Shown: piece after piece, positions 54,622 through 63,196 of the stretch
Position numbering within the stretch: the first letter of the stretch is position 1
Layout of the letters: every line of letters begins with the position of its first letter
Assembly (NCBI GenBank): GCA_963788375.1
Contig: CAWBGT010000001.1
Span: 7,467-71,466, forward strand
Source: an uncultured Chloroflexia bacterium
GTDB lineage: Bacteria; Chloroflexota; Limnocylindria; Limnocylindrales; CSP1-4
Direction of reading: 5' to 3'
DNA: 64,000 nt
The notes under the pieces: generated by a model
The model's database searches: none
The model's input: only the letters and a program-made list of their open reading frames with translations
What the model was told of the DNA's origin: nothing
Translations under genes and position numbers: made by a program

Positions 54622-55844
54622 TGACCGCCACCACCGCTCCTGCCGACGCCGCGCCGGCCGTCGCCACGCCCGCCCGCCTGGACCTGGGCCTCTACCCGGA
54701 TCTCCAGCGGTTTGGCGCCACCGACATCAGCGCCTGCTTCTCGTGCGGCACCTGCTCCGCGACCTGCCCCATGTCCCAGACCGACGGAACCTTCCCCAGG
54801 CGGATCATCCGCTATGCCCAGCTGGGCATGAAGGACGCGCTGCTCGGGTCCAAGGAGCTGTGGGCGTGCTACCAGTGTGGTGAGTGTGCCGAGACGTGTC
54901 CCACCCAGGCCGATCCGTCCGAGTTCATGGCGGCGACCCGACGCTATGCCATCGCCTCCTACGACCGGACGCGGCTGGCCCGGACCCTCTACACGAACCC
55001 GGTCATGGCGACCGTGATCGCCGTCCTCGTGGCCGTGCTGTTCGCCGCCTTCATGTACTCGGCCCGCGGCCCGATGAGCACAGAGACCCTGGCGATCTTC
55101 GAGTGGATCCCGTCGGAGCTGATCCACGACACCGGGATCGTCGTGATGATCGTGGTCGTGCTCGCGGGCGTGCTGGGCATCGCGACCATGGCCCGGGATG
55201 TCGGACGCCGTGAGGGCGAGAGTCCGCGGAGCGTGTTCGGGTCCAGGGCCGCACTCGGCCGGACCGGGCGTGCATTGTGGAGCGCCATCGGCCGCGAGTC
55301 GCTGGGCCAGGTCCGGTTCCGCGAGGAGTGCGAGGCGGACGACGTCGCCATGGCCGTCCCCTGGTACCGCCGCCGCTGGCTGGTCCACGCGCTCGTCGTC
55401 TGGGGCTTCCTCGGCCTGCTGGCGGCAACCGGGCTGGACTACGGCCTGGCGCTGCTCGGCATCAAGGAGACCGGGGCGCCGGTGCCGATCTGGTACCCGG
55501 TCAGGCTGCTGGGCACCGTGGCCGGGGCCGTCCTCGTCTATGGGGCCACCGTCCTGATCATCGACCGCCGCAACGCCGCCAGCCGCAGCGTCAGGACCTC
55601 GACGACGGCCGACTGGATGCTCCTGGGCCTGCTGTGGGTGACGGCCGTCACCGGTTTCGCCATCGAGCTCGCGCTGTACCTGCCGAGCGCCCCCGCCTGG
55701 GGCTACTGGCTGTTCCTCGTCCACGTCGCCGTCGCCATGGAGCTCGTGCTCCTCGCGCCGTTCACCAAGCTCGCCCACGCGGTCTACCGGCCGGTGGCGA
55801 TGTTCTTCGTCGCTCTATCGCGCCAGCCAACGGAAGGAGCCTGA
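54621..55844 (+). CDS. HdrC-like 2x[4Fe-4S] ferredoxin domain fused to a NarI/HdrE-like polytopic membrane (putative b-type cytochrome) domain
   Basis: CFSCGTCSATCP and CYQCGECAETCP about 45 aa apart, then 5-6 TM helices containing conserved His (WLVHALVVWGF, LFLVHVAVAMEL, KLAHAVY). Confidence 0.7.
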   Translation: MTATTAPADAAPAVATPARLDLGLYPDLQRFGATDISACFSCGTCSATCPMSQTDGTFPRRIIRYAQLGMKDALLGSKELWACYQCGECAETCPTQADPSEFMAATRRYAIASYDRTRLARTLYTNPVMATVIAVLVAVLFAAFMYSARGPMSTETLAIFEWIPSELIHDTGIVVMIVVVLAGVLGIATMARDVGRREGESPRSVFGSRAALGRTGRALWSAIGRESLGQVRFREECEADDVAMAVPWYRRRWLVHALVVWGFLGLLAATGLDYGLALLGIKETGAPVPIWYPVRLLGTVAGAVLVYGATVLIIDRRNAASRSVRTSTTADWMLLGLLWVTAVTGFAIELALYLPSAPAWGYWLFLVHVAVAMELVLLAPFTKLAHAVYRPVAMFFVALSRQPTEGA

Positions 55845-55847
55845 GCC

Positions 55848-56339
55848 ATGACCAGCCCCACGCTGCCGCAGACGGCCCATGTCCACCACGAGCGCCTGCT
55901 CGAGCGGGTGAACCGCATCCCCGACATCGCGGATGCGCTGCTCACGACCTCGCCCGACGTTGCCCAGGCCAGCCTCCGCGACCTGCGCGGGTTCCTCGAG
56001 GGGACGCTGCTCCCGCACATGGAGGCCGCCGAGCGGGCCCTCTACCCGGAGCTGGAGCGCATGTTCCAGAACCGGCATTCCATGGCACCCATGCGCCGCG
56101 AGCACGCCCGCATCCGGGAGCTGATCACGGAGTTCGGTGCGCTCGTGGACGAGGGTGAGGGTCACGTGACCCTGGCCCGCACCCTCTCGATCCGGCGCGT
56201 GCTGTTCCACCTGTACGCGCTGCTCAAGGTGCACCTGGCCGAGGAGGATGCCTACCTCCGGATCATCGAGCACGGCGTCACCGACGACGTCGCGGACGCG
56301 GTCAAGGCGGCGCTCGAGCACCCGGTCGCGGGCGTCTAG
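55848..56339 (+). CDS. hemerythrin-like HHE cation-binding domain protein
   Basis: H/E residues spaced in a four-helix pattern (HHERL...HMEAAERALYPEL...MRREHARI...LKVHLAEED). Confidence 0.65.
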   Translation: MTSPTLPQTAHVHHERLLERVNRIPDIADALLTTSPDVAQASLRDLRGFLEGTLLPHMEAAERALYPELERMFQNRHSMAPMRREHARIRELITEFGALVDEGEGHVTLARTLSIRRVLFHLYALLKVHLAEEDAYLRIIEHGVTDDVADAVKAALEHPVAGV

Positions 56340-56354
56340 GGCTAGCATGGGCGG

Positions 56355-56879
56355 GTGAACATCCAGCACCCGGACCCGGAGACCGTCCCCGTCTCGTTGC
56401 GGGCGACCGGCGACGTCCACCATGCCCGGCTGATGCCCCACGTGGACCGGCTGCTGACGCTCGCCGAGATGGTCGGGCGGGTGGAATGCGCGGCCCTCCA
56501 TGCGCTCTACAACGACGAGTACGCATTCATCGCGGGCCAGCTGATCCCGCACCTGGAGGTGGTCGAAGCCACGCTCTATGACCGTCTCGAGACGCTCATG
56601 GGCCCCCGCCACACCATGGCCCCCATGCGCGAGGAGCACGACACCGTGCGCCGGCTCGTGGCTGAGCTGGGCACGTACCAGGTCCACGAGAACGAGTGCA
56701 CGTGGAACGAGATGGAGGGTCTCGCCCTCCGGCGATCGCTCTACCGGCTGCACGCCCTGCTCAAGGTCCACCTTGCGGAGGAGGAGCAGTACCTGGCGGT
56801 CCTGGACCGGAGCCTGACGGAGGACGAGAAGGAAGGGCTGGCGCGCGGCCTCGAACACGCCATGGCAGAGGGCGAGTAG
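56355..56879 (+). CDS. hemerythrin-like HHE cation-binding domain protein (paralog of 55848..56339)
   Basis: Aligns with the preceding gene: HLEVVEATLYDRLE...MREEHDTVRRL...LLKVHLAEEEQYL. Confidence 0.65.
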   Translation: MNIQHPDPETVPVSLRATGDVHHARLMPHVDRLLTLAEMVGRVECAALHALYNDEYAFIAGQLIPHLEVVEATLYDRLETLMGPRHTMAPMREEHDTVRRLVAELGTYQVHENECTWNEMEGLALRRSLYRLHALLKVHLAEEEQYLAVLDRSLTEDEKEGLARGLEHAMAEGE

Positions 56880-56902
56880 CCTCCCCAACGGAGGATTTCC
56901 GC

Positions 56903-57193
56903 ATGGCCCGCTACCGCGTCCTCGCATGGCGCGAGATCCCCACCCAGGTCCAGGCCACCGACGAGGCCGGCACCACCGCCAAGCGGACCATGGCCCGCTG
57001 GTTCATGCAGGAGATCAGCCGGATCACCATGCGCGAGGGCCTGGCTGGGACAGACGACTACCTTGAGGAGTTCGAGTGGTCGGCGTGGTCCGATCGCGAG
57101 GGCGGTGCCGACGACGTGGCCGACGCGGTTGTCGCGGAGCTCTCCGCCCGGTTCGGTCGACGCGTGGATGGCCACACCCTGCGCGAGGCCTGA
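56903..57193 (+). CDS. hypothetical small protein, last gene of hdr-like operon
   Basis: ATG at 56903 with GGAGGA RBS; 96 aa; no known motif. Confidence 0.4.
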   Translation: MARYRVLAWREIPTQVQATDEAGTTAKRTMARWFMQEISRITMREGLAGTDDYLEEFEWSAWSDREGGADDVADAVVAELSARFGRRVDGHTLREA

Positions 57194-57219
57194 GGCGGCC
57201 CGTGAACCTCGCCGCTCCG

Positions 57220-57555
57220 TCAGCCGGCTTCGCGGAGCAGGGTGAGGATCATGACGAGCGGCGTGGTCGCGCGGATCGCATGGCGCATGCCGGGCGGCAT
57301 GGCGATCCAGGCGCCCGCAGCGGCCGACATCGCCTCTTCGCCAAGCACCAGGTCGGCCGTTCCCTCCAGGATCTGGATCTGGGCGGCGAAGGCCGAAGTG
57401 TGCTCGCTCAGCTCCTCGCCCGCGTCGAAGGCGAAGATCACCAGCGACACCCGTTCGTCCTCGTACAGAGTTCGGCTGAGGATCCCGCCGGACGGGATCT
57501 GGACCTCGGATCGGAGATCCCCGACGTACCCGTAGTCAGTCACGTGACGCTCCAT
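57220..57555 (-). CDS. cupin-domain protein
   Basis: 111 aa. EHTSAFAAQIQILEGTADLVLGEE...AGAWIAMPPGMRHAIRA is cupin-like. Confidence 0.6.
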   Translation of the reverse strand: MERHVTDYGYVGDLRSEVQIPSGGILSRTLYEDERVSLVIFAFDAGEELSEHTSAFAAQIQILEGTADLVLGEEAMSAAAGAWIAMPPGMRHAIRATTPLVMILTLLREAG

Positions 57556-57716
57556 TCGACGCGGTGGTGGTGGGTTGGTCCCGGGTTCCGGCCCCTGCTG
57601 GCGGGTTCTCGCTTCCGGTGCCGCCGATCACACTCGCAATCCGGCGTCTCGTACAGCACAATGGGGGCTCACATCGGAGGGAAGTCTTCTCCGTGTCGAG
57701 GGTTAGGGTGAGGTAG

Positions 57717-58076
57717 ATGAACTTTACTGAATGGATCATGGCGATGATCGTCTTCTTCTTCTGGGTGATGGCGATCTGGATCTTCATCTCCATCTTCATG
57801 GACATCTTCCGCCGGAACGACATGAAGGGCGGCATGAAGGCGCTGTGGATCCTGGTGATCTTTATCATCCCGTTCCTGGGCTGCCTGATCTACATCATCG
57901 CCCGGCCCAAGGTCACGGCCCAGGACGTCCAGATGATGACGCAGGCCGAGGCCGCCGCCGGTGCGGCGTCGCAGGTGTCCACCGCGGACGAGCTCGCGAA
58001 GCTCGGCCAGCTGAAGGACTCCGGCGCCATCACCGTCCCCGAGTACGAGGCCCTCAAGGCCAAGCTGATGGCCTGA
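57717..58076 (+). CDS. PLDc_N (cardiolipin synthase N-terminal-like) membrane domain + SHOCT domain protein
   Basis: Two TM helices (IMAMIVFFFWVMAIWIFISIF, LWILVIFIIPFLGCLIYIIARP), then DELAKLGQLKDSGAITVPEYEALKAKL, which is a SHOCT motif. Lower GC than the surroundings. Confidence 0.75.
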   Translation: MNFTEWIMAMIVFFFWVMAIWIFISIFMDIFRRNDMKGGMKALWILVIFIIPFLGCLIYIIARPKVTAQDVQMMTQAEAAAGAASQVSTADELAKLGQLKDSGAITVPEYEALKAKLMA

Positions 58077-58104
58077 TCGCGAGCCCATCGCGATCCGCGA
58101 GGCC

Positions 58105-58140
58105 GGTCCCCGACGTGGGGGCCGGCCTTCTTCGTTGGGC
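58105..58140. terminator. putative intrinsic terminator hairpin followed by T-rich tract
   Basis: aggccggtcccc-gacgtg-ggggccggcct followed by tcttcgtt; lies between convergent genes. Confidence 0.4.
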
Positions 58141-58160
58141 CCAGTGCGTCCCGGTACGGG

Positions 58161-59066
58161 TCAGGGGTGGCGCTGTCCTGGCACGCGCCCCTCGGCCGCC
58201 GCGACCAGCTGGGCCAGGTGCGATGCCTCGTGGCGGGCGAAGTACGCCGCCTGGGACAGCACCGTCACGCGACCCCACTCCGGGTGGCAACCAGCTCGGC
58301 CCCAGTCCGCGTCGTCGAGGGCGGCGAGGCGATCGACGGCGGCATGCCGGAGCTCCCGGATCCTGTGGGCGAGGGCCGTGGCCGCCTCTCCGGTCGCCGT
58401 CGTCCCCTCGTCGGACGCGGGTGTGTCGGCCCAGACGGCCGCCGCAGCGAGATCGGGCTCCGTCTCGGTGAGGAGGCGGTGGATCCGCATGGCCAGGAGC
58501 TCCTCGGTGAACAGCAAGTGCTCCAGGGTCTGGGTGGCGGACCAGGCGCCGGCGACCGGCGCACGGCGGAGCTCGGCATCCGCACGATCCGCGAGTGCCG
58601 CGTCGAGGTGACGCGGACCGGCGGCGAGGGCGGCGAGGATCGCGCCACGGTCGGCAGGCTCCAGGTACCAGACGGGCAGCTCCTCGTGGAAGGAGATCGC
58701 CGGAGCCTCGCACGTCGGGCAGGCGGGTGGCACGGCATCGCCGACGAAGACGTCGCCGCACACACGACAGACGCGTGCCCGCGGAGCGTCGTCGAGCGAG
58801 ATCGTCCGGCCCGCCCTGACGGCCGGCCCAACCTCCCGCAGGTAGGGGATGGTCGCGGGCGGGAGGTCTCCACCAAGATCCTCGACGAGCGACTCGACGG
58901 CCGCAGCCGCCGCTTCGCCGCCGGCCGGTGACTCCTCCTCCGCGAAGCGGACCAGCTCGCGCTGGAGCGCGACCCGTACCAGCTTCGCGCCGTTGTAGGC
59001 GCCCTCGCGCTCCAGTCCCCGGGCCACCGCGGCCAGCCGGCCGATCCGTTCCAGCCGTGCGTCCAT
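58161..59066 (-). CDS. rubredoxin-like zinc-ribbon + DinB_2 (DinB/YfiT-like) domain protein
   Basis: Internal start MDARLERIG at codon 133 of ORF 58161..59462, with AGGAGG RBS. CRVCGDVF...CPTCEAP zinc ribbon. The C-terminal half has the DinB-like four-helix pattern with His (WSATQTLEHLLFTEELLAMRIHRLL...ARHEASHLAQL). Confidence 0.55.
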   Translation of the reverse strand: MDARLERIGRLAAVARGLEREGAYNGAKLVRVALQRELVRFAEEESPAGGEAAAAAVESLVEDLGGDLPPATIPYLREVGPAVRAGRTISLDDAPRARVCRVCGDVFVGDAVPPACPTCEAPAISFHEELPVWYLEPADRGAILAALAAGPRHLDAALADRADAELRRAPVAGAWSATQTLEHLLFTEELLAMRIHRLLTETEPDLAAAAVWADTPASDEGTTATGEAATALAHRIRELRHAAVDRLAALDDADWGRAGCHPEWGRVTVLSQAAYFARHEASHLAQLVAAAEGRVPGQRHP

Positions 59067-59313
59067 CCCATGCCTCCTGCCCGCACCTGATCGCCTCGCC
59101 GGCGCCCGCCCTGTGGTTGTTCCGGTCACCGCCCAGTGTGCGCCACCGGCAGGCCTCCCACCCGCCGCGCCGCGAGTTGCCGGGCCGATCCTCGCCACGG
59201 TTGGGCCGGCCTGCAGGAGAACGCCTGGTTCACGGCTTGTGATTCGCGACGCTCGCGCCATGACGGCAGCGCGGAGTAATGTTGAGGCTGCGTCCGGCCC
59301 GGGAGGATCCGCC

Positions 59314-62300
59314 ATGGCTGCGCCGCGTGCCCCGCGCTCCCCGTCTGCTGTATCGGCGCTCGTCTCGATGCTTGTCGTGCTGGTGCTGCTCGCGCCGGGC
59401 ACCGCGTCGGCAGCCGTGCCGGCCGGCGACGCCCCGGTGATCACGGGGCCGGCGGACGGCACTCCGGTGATCGTGGAGCCGCAGCTCTCCTGGCTGCCCG
59501 TTGCCGGCGCTGGCCACTACGCGGTCCAGGTCGCGGCCGATGCCACGTTTGCCGACCCGGTGTACGACGTCGTCACCGACGCCACGGCCGCGACGCCGGA
59601 GGTCGACCTCGAGCCCGGGACGTGGCACTGGCGCGTGGCCGTCGACGAGGGCACGGTTCGAGGGCCGTGGGCGGCATCCACGTTCGTCAATGCGGCATCC
59701 CTCGTCGCCCCGATCCAGCTGGCACCGGCCGATGGAGCGGCCTTCGAGCACCCCGCGGTTCCGGTCCTCGCCTGGACGCCCGTGGACGGGGCGGCCTCAT
59801 ACGAGGTGCAGCTCGCCGACAACCCTGCCCTCGCCGATCCGTTCCCCGCGGTGACCCGAACCACGTCCCTGGTCGCCGCCTTCGCGGCGCCGGGCGTGTC
59901 GTATGCCTGGCGGGTGCGGGCCGTGGCCCGCAACGGCACGACGGCTGGCCCCTGGTCCGCCGTCCGCTCCTTCACCGCGACGTGGGCCGGCGTGCCGACC
60001 GGTCTCGAGCCCGCGAACGGTGCCGCGGTGCGCGACATCGAGCTCGGGTGGGACCCGATGCCCGGGGCAGCCGGTTATGACGTCCAGGTGACGCCGGGCC
60101 AGGACCCGGACTGGGCGGCCGCGGCCACCCGCTCGTACGCCACGATCGCCACCCGCTTCCTCGTCGAGGACCCCGTGGTCCCGGCCGCTTCGACCCTTGT
60201 CTGGCGCGTTCGCGCCGTGACCGGGGACCCGGCGGATCCCCCCGGGCCATGGACCGCGCCTCGCCTCGTGACCCGGGCGATGAGCTCTCCGCCCGTGCCG
60301 CTCGCGCCCGCCAGCGGGTCGGTGACGGGCGAGGTGGTGACCCTGGTATGGACTCCCGCCGTCCGCGCCTCACACTACGAGGTGCAGGTCGCCCCGGACC
60401 CCGACTTCGCGACCGGCGTGGCCACCTACACCACCACGGAGCCCGGTCTGGACGTTACGACAGGCGAGCAGTTCGCCCCGTACGTGCTGGTCAAGGGGGC
60501 CACGTACCACTGGCGCGTCCGCGGAGTCGACACCGACACCGTCCACCTGCCGGGCCTGCCCGCCAGTGGCTGGTCGACGGTGCGGAGCTTCACCTGGGAT
60601 CCGCCGGTCACGGCGCTGCTGGCCCCTGCCGACGGGGAGACCATTCCCGTGCCCACGCTCGCGTGGGAGCCGGGCGCCGCCCGAGTCGTCCGGGTGACCG
60701 TCGAGGACGCGGCAGGCGGCATCGTGGCCCGGAGGGTCACCTGGGCCACCACGTTCACGCCCGAGGCTGCTCTCGACCCGGCCGACGGCCCGTTCACCTG
60801 GTACGTCGAGCGAGTCGCCCTGCCGGGTGGTGCTTCCGATACCGTCGCCTGGCGGTCGGCGGAGCGTTCGTTCTCCCTTTCGCCGGTCGCTGCCACGGCG
60901 TCCGCGCCCGACCCGGTCGGCCCAGCCGACGGCAGCCACTCCATCGGGACGCCGACGCTCTCCTGGACCCCGGTGGCCGGCGCAGACCACTACCGCGTCT
61001 ACCGCGGGCTGCCGGCCGAGCTGCCGGATCCGCTCCCAAGCGCCTGGAGCCCGGACCTCGCCTTCCCCGCGTGGACGTATCCGAACGGTGACCTGGACGC
61101 GCACCTGCACTCGTGGGTGGTCCTCGCATTCGACGCCGCGGACCAGGTGATCGCACGCGGCGCGTCCTCGACCTTCGTCCTCGACCGGCTGCCCGCCCCC
61201 CTGGTCACGTCGCCCGTCGACTGCGTGGACGCCGGCTGCGCGGTCTACGCCGACACGCCACGCCTGGCCTGGGATCCCGTTCCCGGCGCGACCGGCTACG
61301 CGGTGGACTACCGGGGAACGGGTGGCGCCAGCCTGGGCATCGGGACCACGAGCACCAGCGTCCTGCCGACCGTCGACATCCTGGGCCCCGTGTCCGGCGA
61401 GCCCGAGGGATCGGCCGAATGGGGTGTCGCTGCGTGCGTCGAGCAGCGCTGCAGCATCGGTGCCCCGCACCGCTTCCTGCTCTCCCTGCCGGCCCCCGTG
61501 ATGATCGCCCCCGCCGCCGGCGCGGTCGTGGACGGGCCGCAGGTGACCCTGGACTGGCAGGATCTCCTCCAGGCGCCGGCCGGGCCGGGCACGATCGGCA
61601 CGCCCCAGACCGAGGCCTTCGCCTACAACCCGGCCCTGATCGGCTCGCCCGAGAACGGGACCGCCAGCCAGCTCGGGGGTGCCCCGACTCGCACCTGGGT
61701 GCTGCCTCCCGGCACGTGGATCTGGGAGCTCTGGGGTCATGCCGGGAGCGGGCGACAGACCGCCCACGCCTTCCGATCCATGGCCATCGACTGGGCAGGA
61801 CCTGCTCCGCTCGCGCCCGCCGCCGGCACCATCGTCGCCCGCGCGCCGCTGCTCGCCTGGGCGCCGGCCGCCTTCGCCGATCTGTACGAGGTCGAGGTCT
61901 TCTCCGGGACCACCACCGGCCCCGCGGCACGGGTGGTTCAGGCGACCACGGGCGAGGCGGCGTGCGCCCCGTTCGAGGAGCTTGCGGCGGGCGCCTACAC
62001 CTGGCGCGTGCGGTCGACGCTCAAGGGCATCGCATCCTCGTGGGGCGCTCCGGCCACGTTCACGATCGCGCCGCTGACGTCGCCGGTGCTGCTGGAGCCG
62101 GCCCCCGAGGAGGCCTCCGCCACCGGGCTCCTGCGGTTTGCATGGGAGCCAGTTGCCCGCGCGACCGCCTACCGCCTGCTGGTGGACGATGACGCGTCGT
62201 TCCGCAGTCCGCGGGAGTCCGTGGTCACGGGCCAGCCCCGGTGGGTGCCGCTCGCGGCATATCCGTCCGGCTCCTGGTCGTGGCGCGTGCAGGCGCTGGG

Positions 62301-63015
62301 GCCGTCCGGCGCTGTGCTTGCCACCTCGTCCGCGCGGCGGGTGGTGGTGGATCTGGTCGTGCCCGTCGTGACCGCACCAGTGGAGTCGATTGCCCGGGCC
62401 CGTGCCTCGGCCACTGCCGCCGTGCCGGTCGACCTCCTCTGGGAGGGCAGCGACACGCAGGCCGGCGAGGTGCGCTACGACGTGCGCCGCTCGGTGGACG
62501 GCGGGCCGTTCGCGGCCTGGGCCACCGGCGTCACGCGGCCGGCGGCACGCTCGACCCTTCCGTCCGGGCACAGCTTCCGGTTTGCCGTCCAGGCCGTCGA
62601 TGCCGCCGGCCACCGCTCGGCGTGGGCCTACGGCCGCACGTTCCGTGTCCGGGCCCACGGGGACGGCGCGTCCGTGGTGACGTACCGCGGCATCTGGCGT
62701 ATCGCGCGGGGCAGCCGCTTCATCGGCGGATCCGCCCACTGGTCAACGGCGGCCGGCACACGCGCCACGTTCAAGTTCTCGGGTCGGGGGGTGGCCTGGA
62801 TCGCCGCCGTTGGACCCGGGCGAGGCAAGGCGCGGGTGTACCTGGACGGCCGGCTCGCAACGACGGTCGACCTGCACGCCGCCGCCTCGGGGACGCGCCG
62901 GATCGTGTTCACGCGGTCCTGGGCTGCGGCCGGCAGCCACTCGATCCGCGTCGAGGTCGTCGGCACGCCCAAGCATGCCCGCGTGGACGTCGACGGGTTC
63001 GTCACGATCCGCTGA
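59314..63015 (+). CDS. giant secreted protein with about 10 FN3/Ig-like about 100-aa repeats and a C-terminal putative carbohydrate-binding domain shared with the 9546..11390 protein
   Basis: ATG at 59314 with GGGAGGA RBS. Signal peptide MAAPRAPRSPSAVSALVSMLVVLVLLAPGTASA. Repeat pattern P.DG......L.W.PV.GA..Y.VQ......F. The C-terminal 120 aa are similar to the other secreted giant. Confidence 0.75.
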   Translation: MAAPRAPRSPSAVSALVSMLVVLVLLAPGTASAAVPAGDAPVITGPADGTPVIVEPQLSWLPVAGAGHYAVQVAADATFADPVYDVVTDATAATPEVDLEPGTWHWRVAVDEGTVRGPWAASTFVNAASLVAPIQLAPADGAAFEHPAVPVLAWTPVDGAASYEVQLADNPALADPFPAVTRTTSLVAAFAAPGVSYAWRVRAVARNGTTAGPWSAVRSFTATWAGVPTGLEPANGAAVRDIELGWDPMPGAAGYDVQVTPGQDPDWAAAATRSYATIATRFLVEDPVVPAASTLVWRVRAVTGDPADPPGPWTAPRLVTRAMSSPPVPLAPASGSVTGEVVTLVWTPAVRASHYEVQVAPDPDFATGVATYTTTEPGLDVTTGEQFAPYVLVKGATYHWRVRGVDTDTVHLPGLPASGWSTVRSFTWDPPVTALLAPADGETIPVPTLAWEPGAARVVRVTVEDAAGGIVARRVTWATTFTPEAALDPADGPFTWYVERVALPGGASDTVAWRSAERSFSLSPVAATASAPDPVGPADGSHSIGTPTLSWTPVAGADHYRVYRGLPAELPDPLPSAWSPDLAFPAWTYPNGDLDAHLHSWVVLAFDAADQVIARGASSTFVLDRLPAPLVTSPVDCVDAGCAVYADTPRLAWDPVPGATGYAVDYRGTGGASLGIGTTSTSVLPTVDILGPVSGEPEGSAEWGVAACVEQRCSIGAPHRFLLSLPAPVMIAPAAGAVVDGPQVTLDWQDLLQAPAGPGTIGTPQTEAFAYNPALIGSPENGTASQLGGAPTRTWVLPPGTWIWELWGHAGSGRQTAHAFRSMAIDWAGPAPLAPAAGTIVARAPLLAWAPAAFADLYEVEVFSGTTTGPAARVVQATTGEAACAPFEELAAGAYTWRVRSTLKGIASSWGAPATFTIAPLTSPVLLEPAPEEASATGLLRFAWEPVARATAYRLLVDDDASFRSPRESVVTGQPRWVPLAAYPSGSWSWRVQALGPSGAVLATSSARRVVVDLVVPVVTAPVESIARARASATAAVPVDLLWEGSDTQAGEVRYDVRRSVDGGPFAAWATGVTRPAARSTLPSGHSFRFAVQAVDAAGHRSAWAYGRTFRVRAHGDGASVVTYRGIWRIARGSRFIGGSAHWSTAAGTRATFKFSGRGVAWIAAVGPGRGKARVYLDGRLATTVDLHAAASGTRRIVFTRSWAAAGSHSIRVEVVGTPKHARVDVDGFVTIR

Positions 63016-63052
63016 GCCGCGCCCGCCGCGGCGCCCGTACCCGCCCGCGCGG

Positions 63053-63076
63053 CACTTGACACGGATTCTTGTCAAG
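63053..63076 (+). terminator. putative terminator hairpin
   Basis: cttgaca-cggattc-ttgtcaag inverted repeat 40 bp after the stop. Confidence 0.3.
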
Positions 63077-63196
63077 CCCCCTGACCGGGGGTAAATCTTG
63101 CCGACGGCGGAAACTGTCCCGGCGTGCTCAGAATGCGATCGCCTGCGCATTGCGACTGATCAAGCTCTTGAGCCCGGACCGCGACGCCGAAGCCTC

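Noticed and set aside
60370-62739. 789-aa minus-strand ORF
   Set aside because: Antisense to the giant FN3-repeat secreted protein gene; Gly/Arg/Pro-rich junk.
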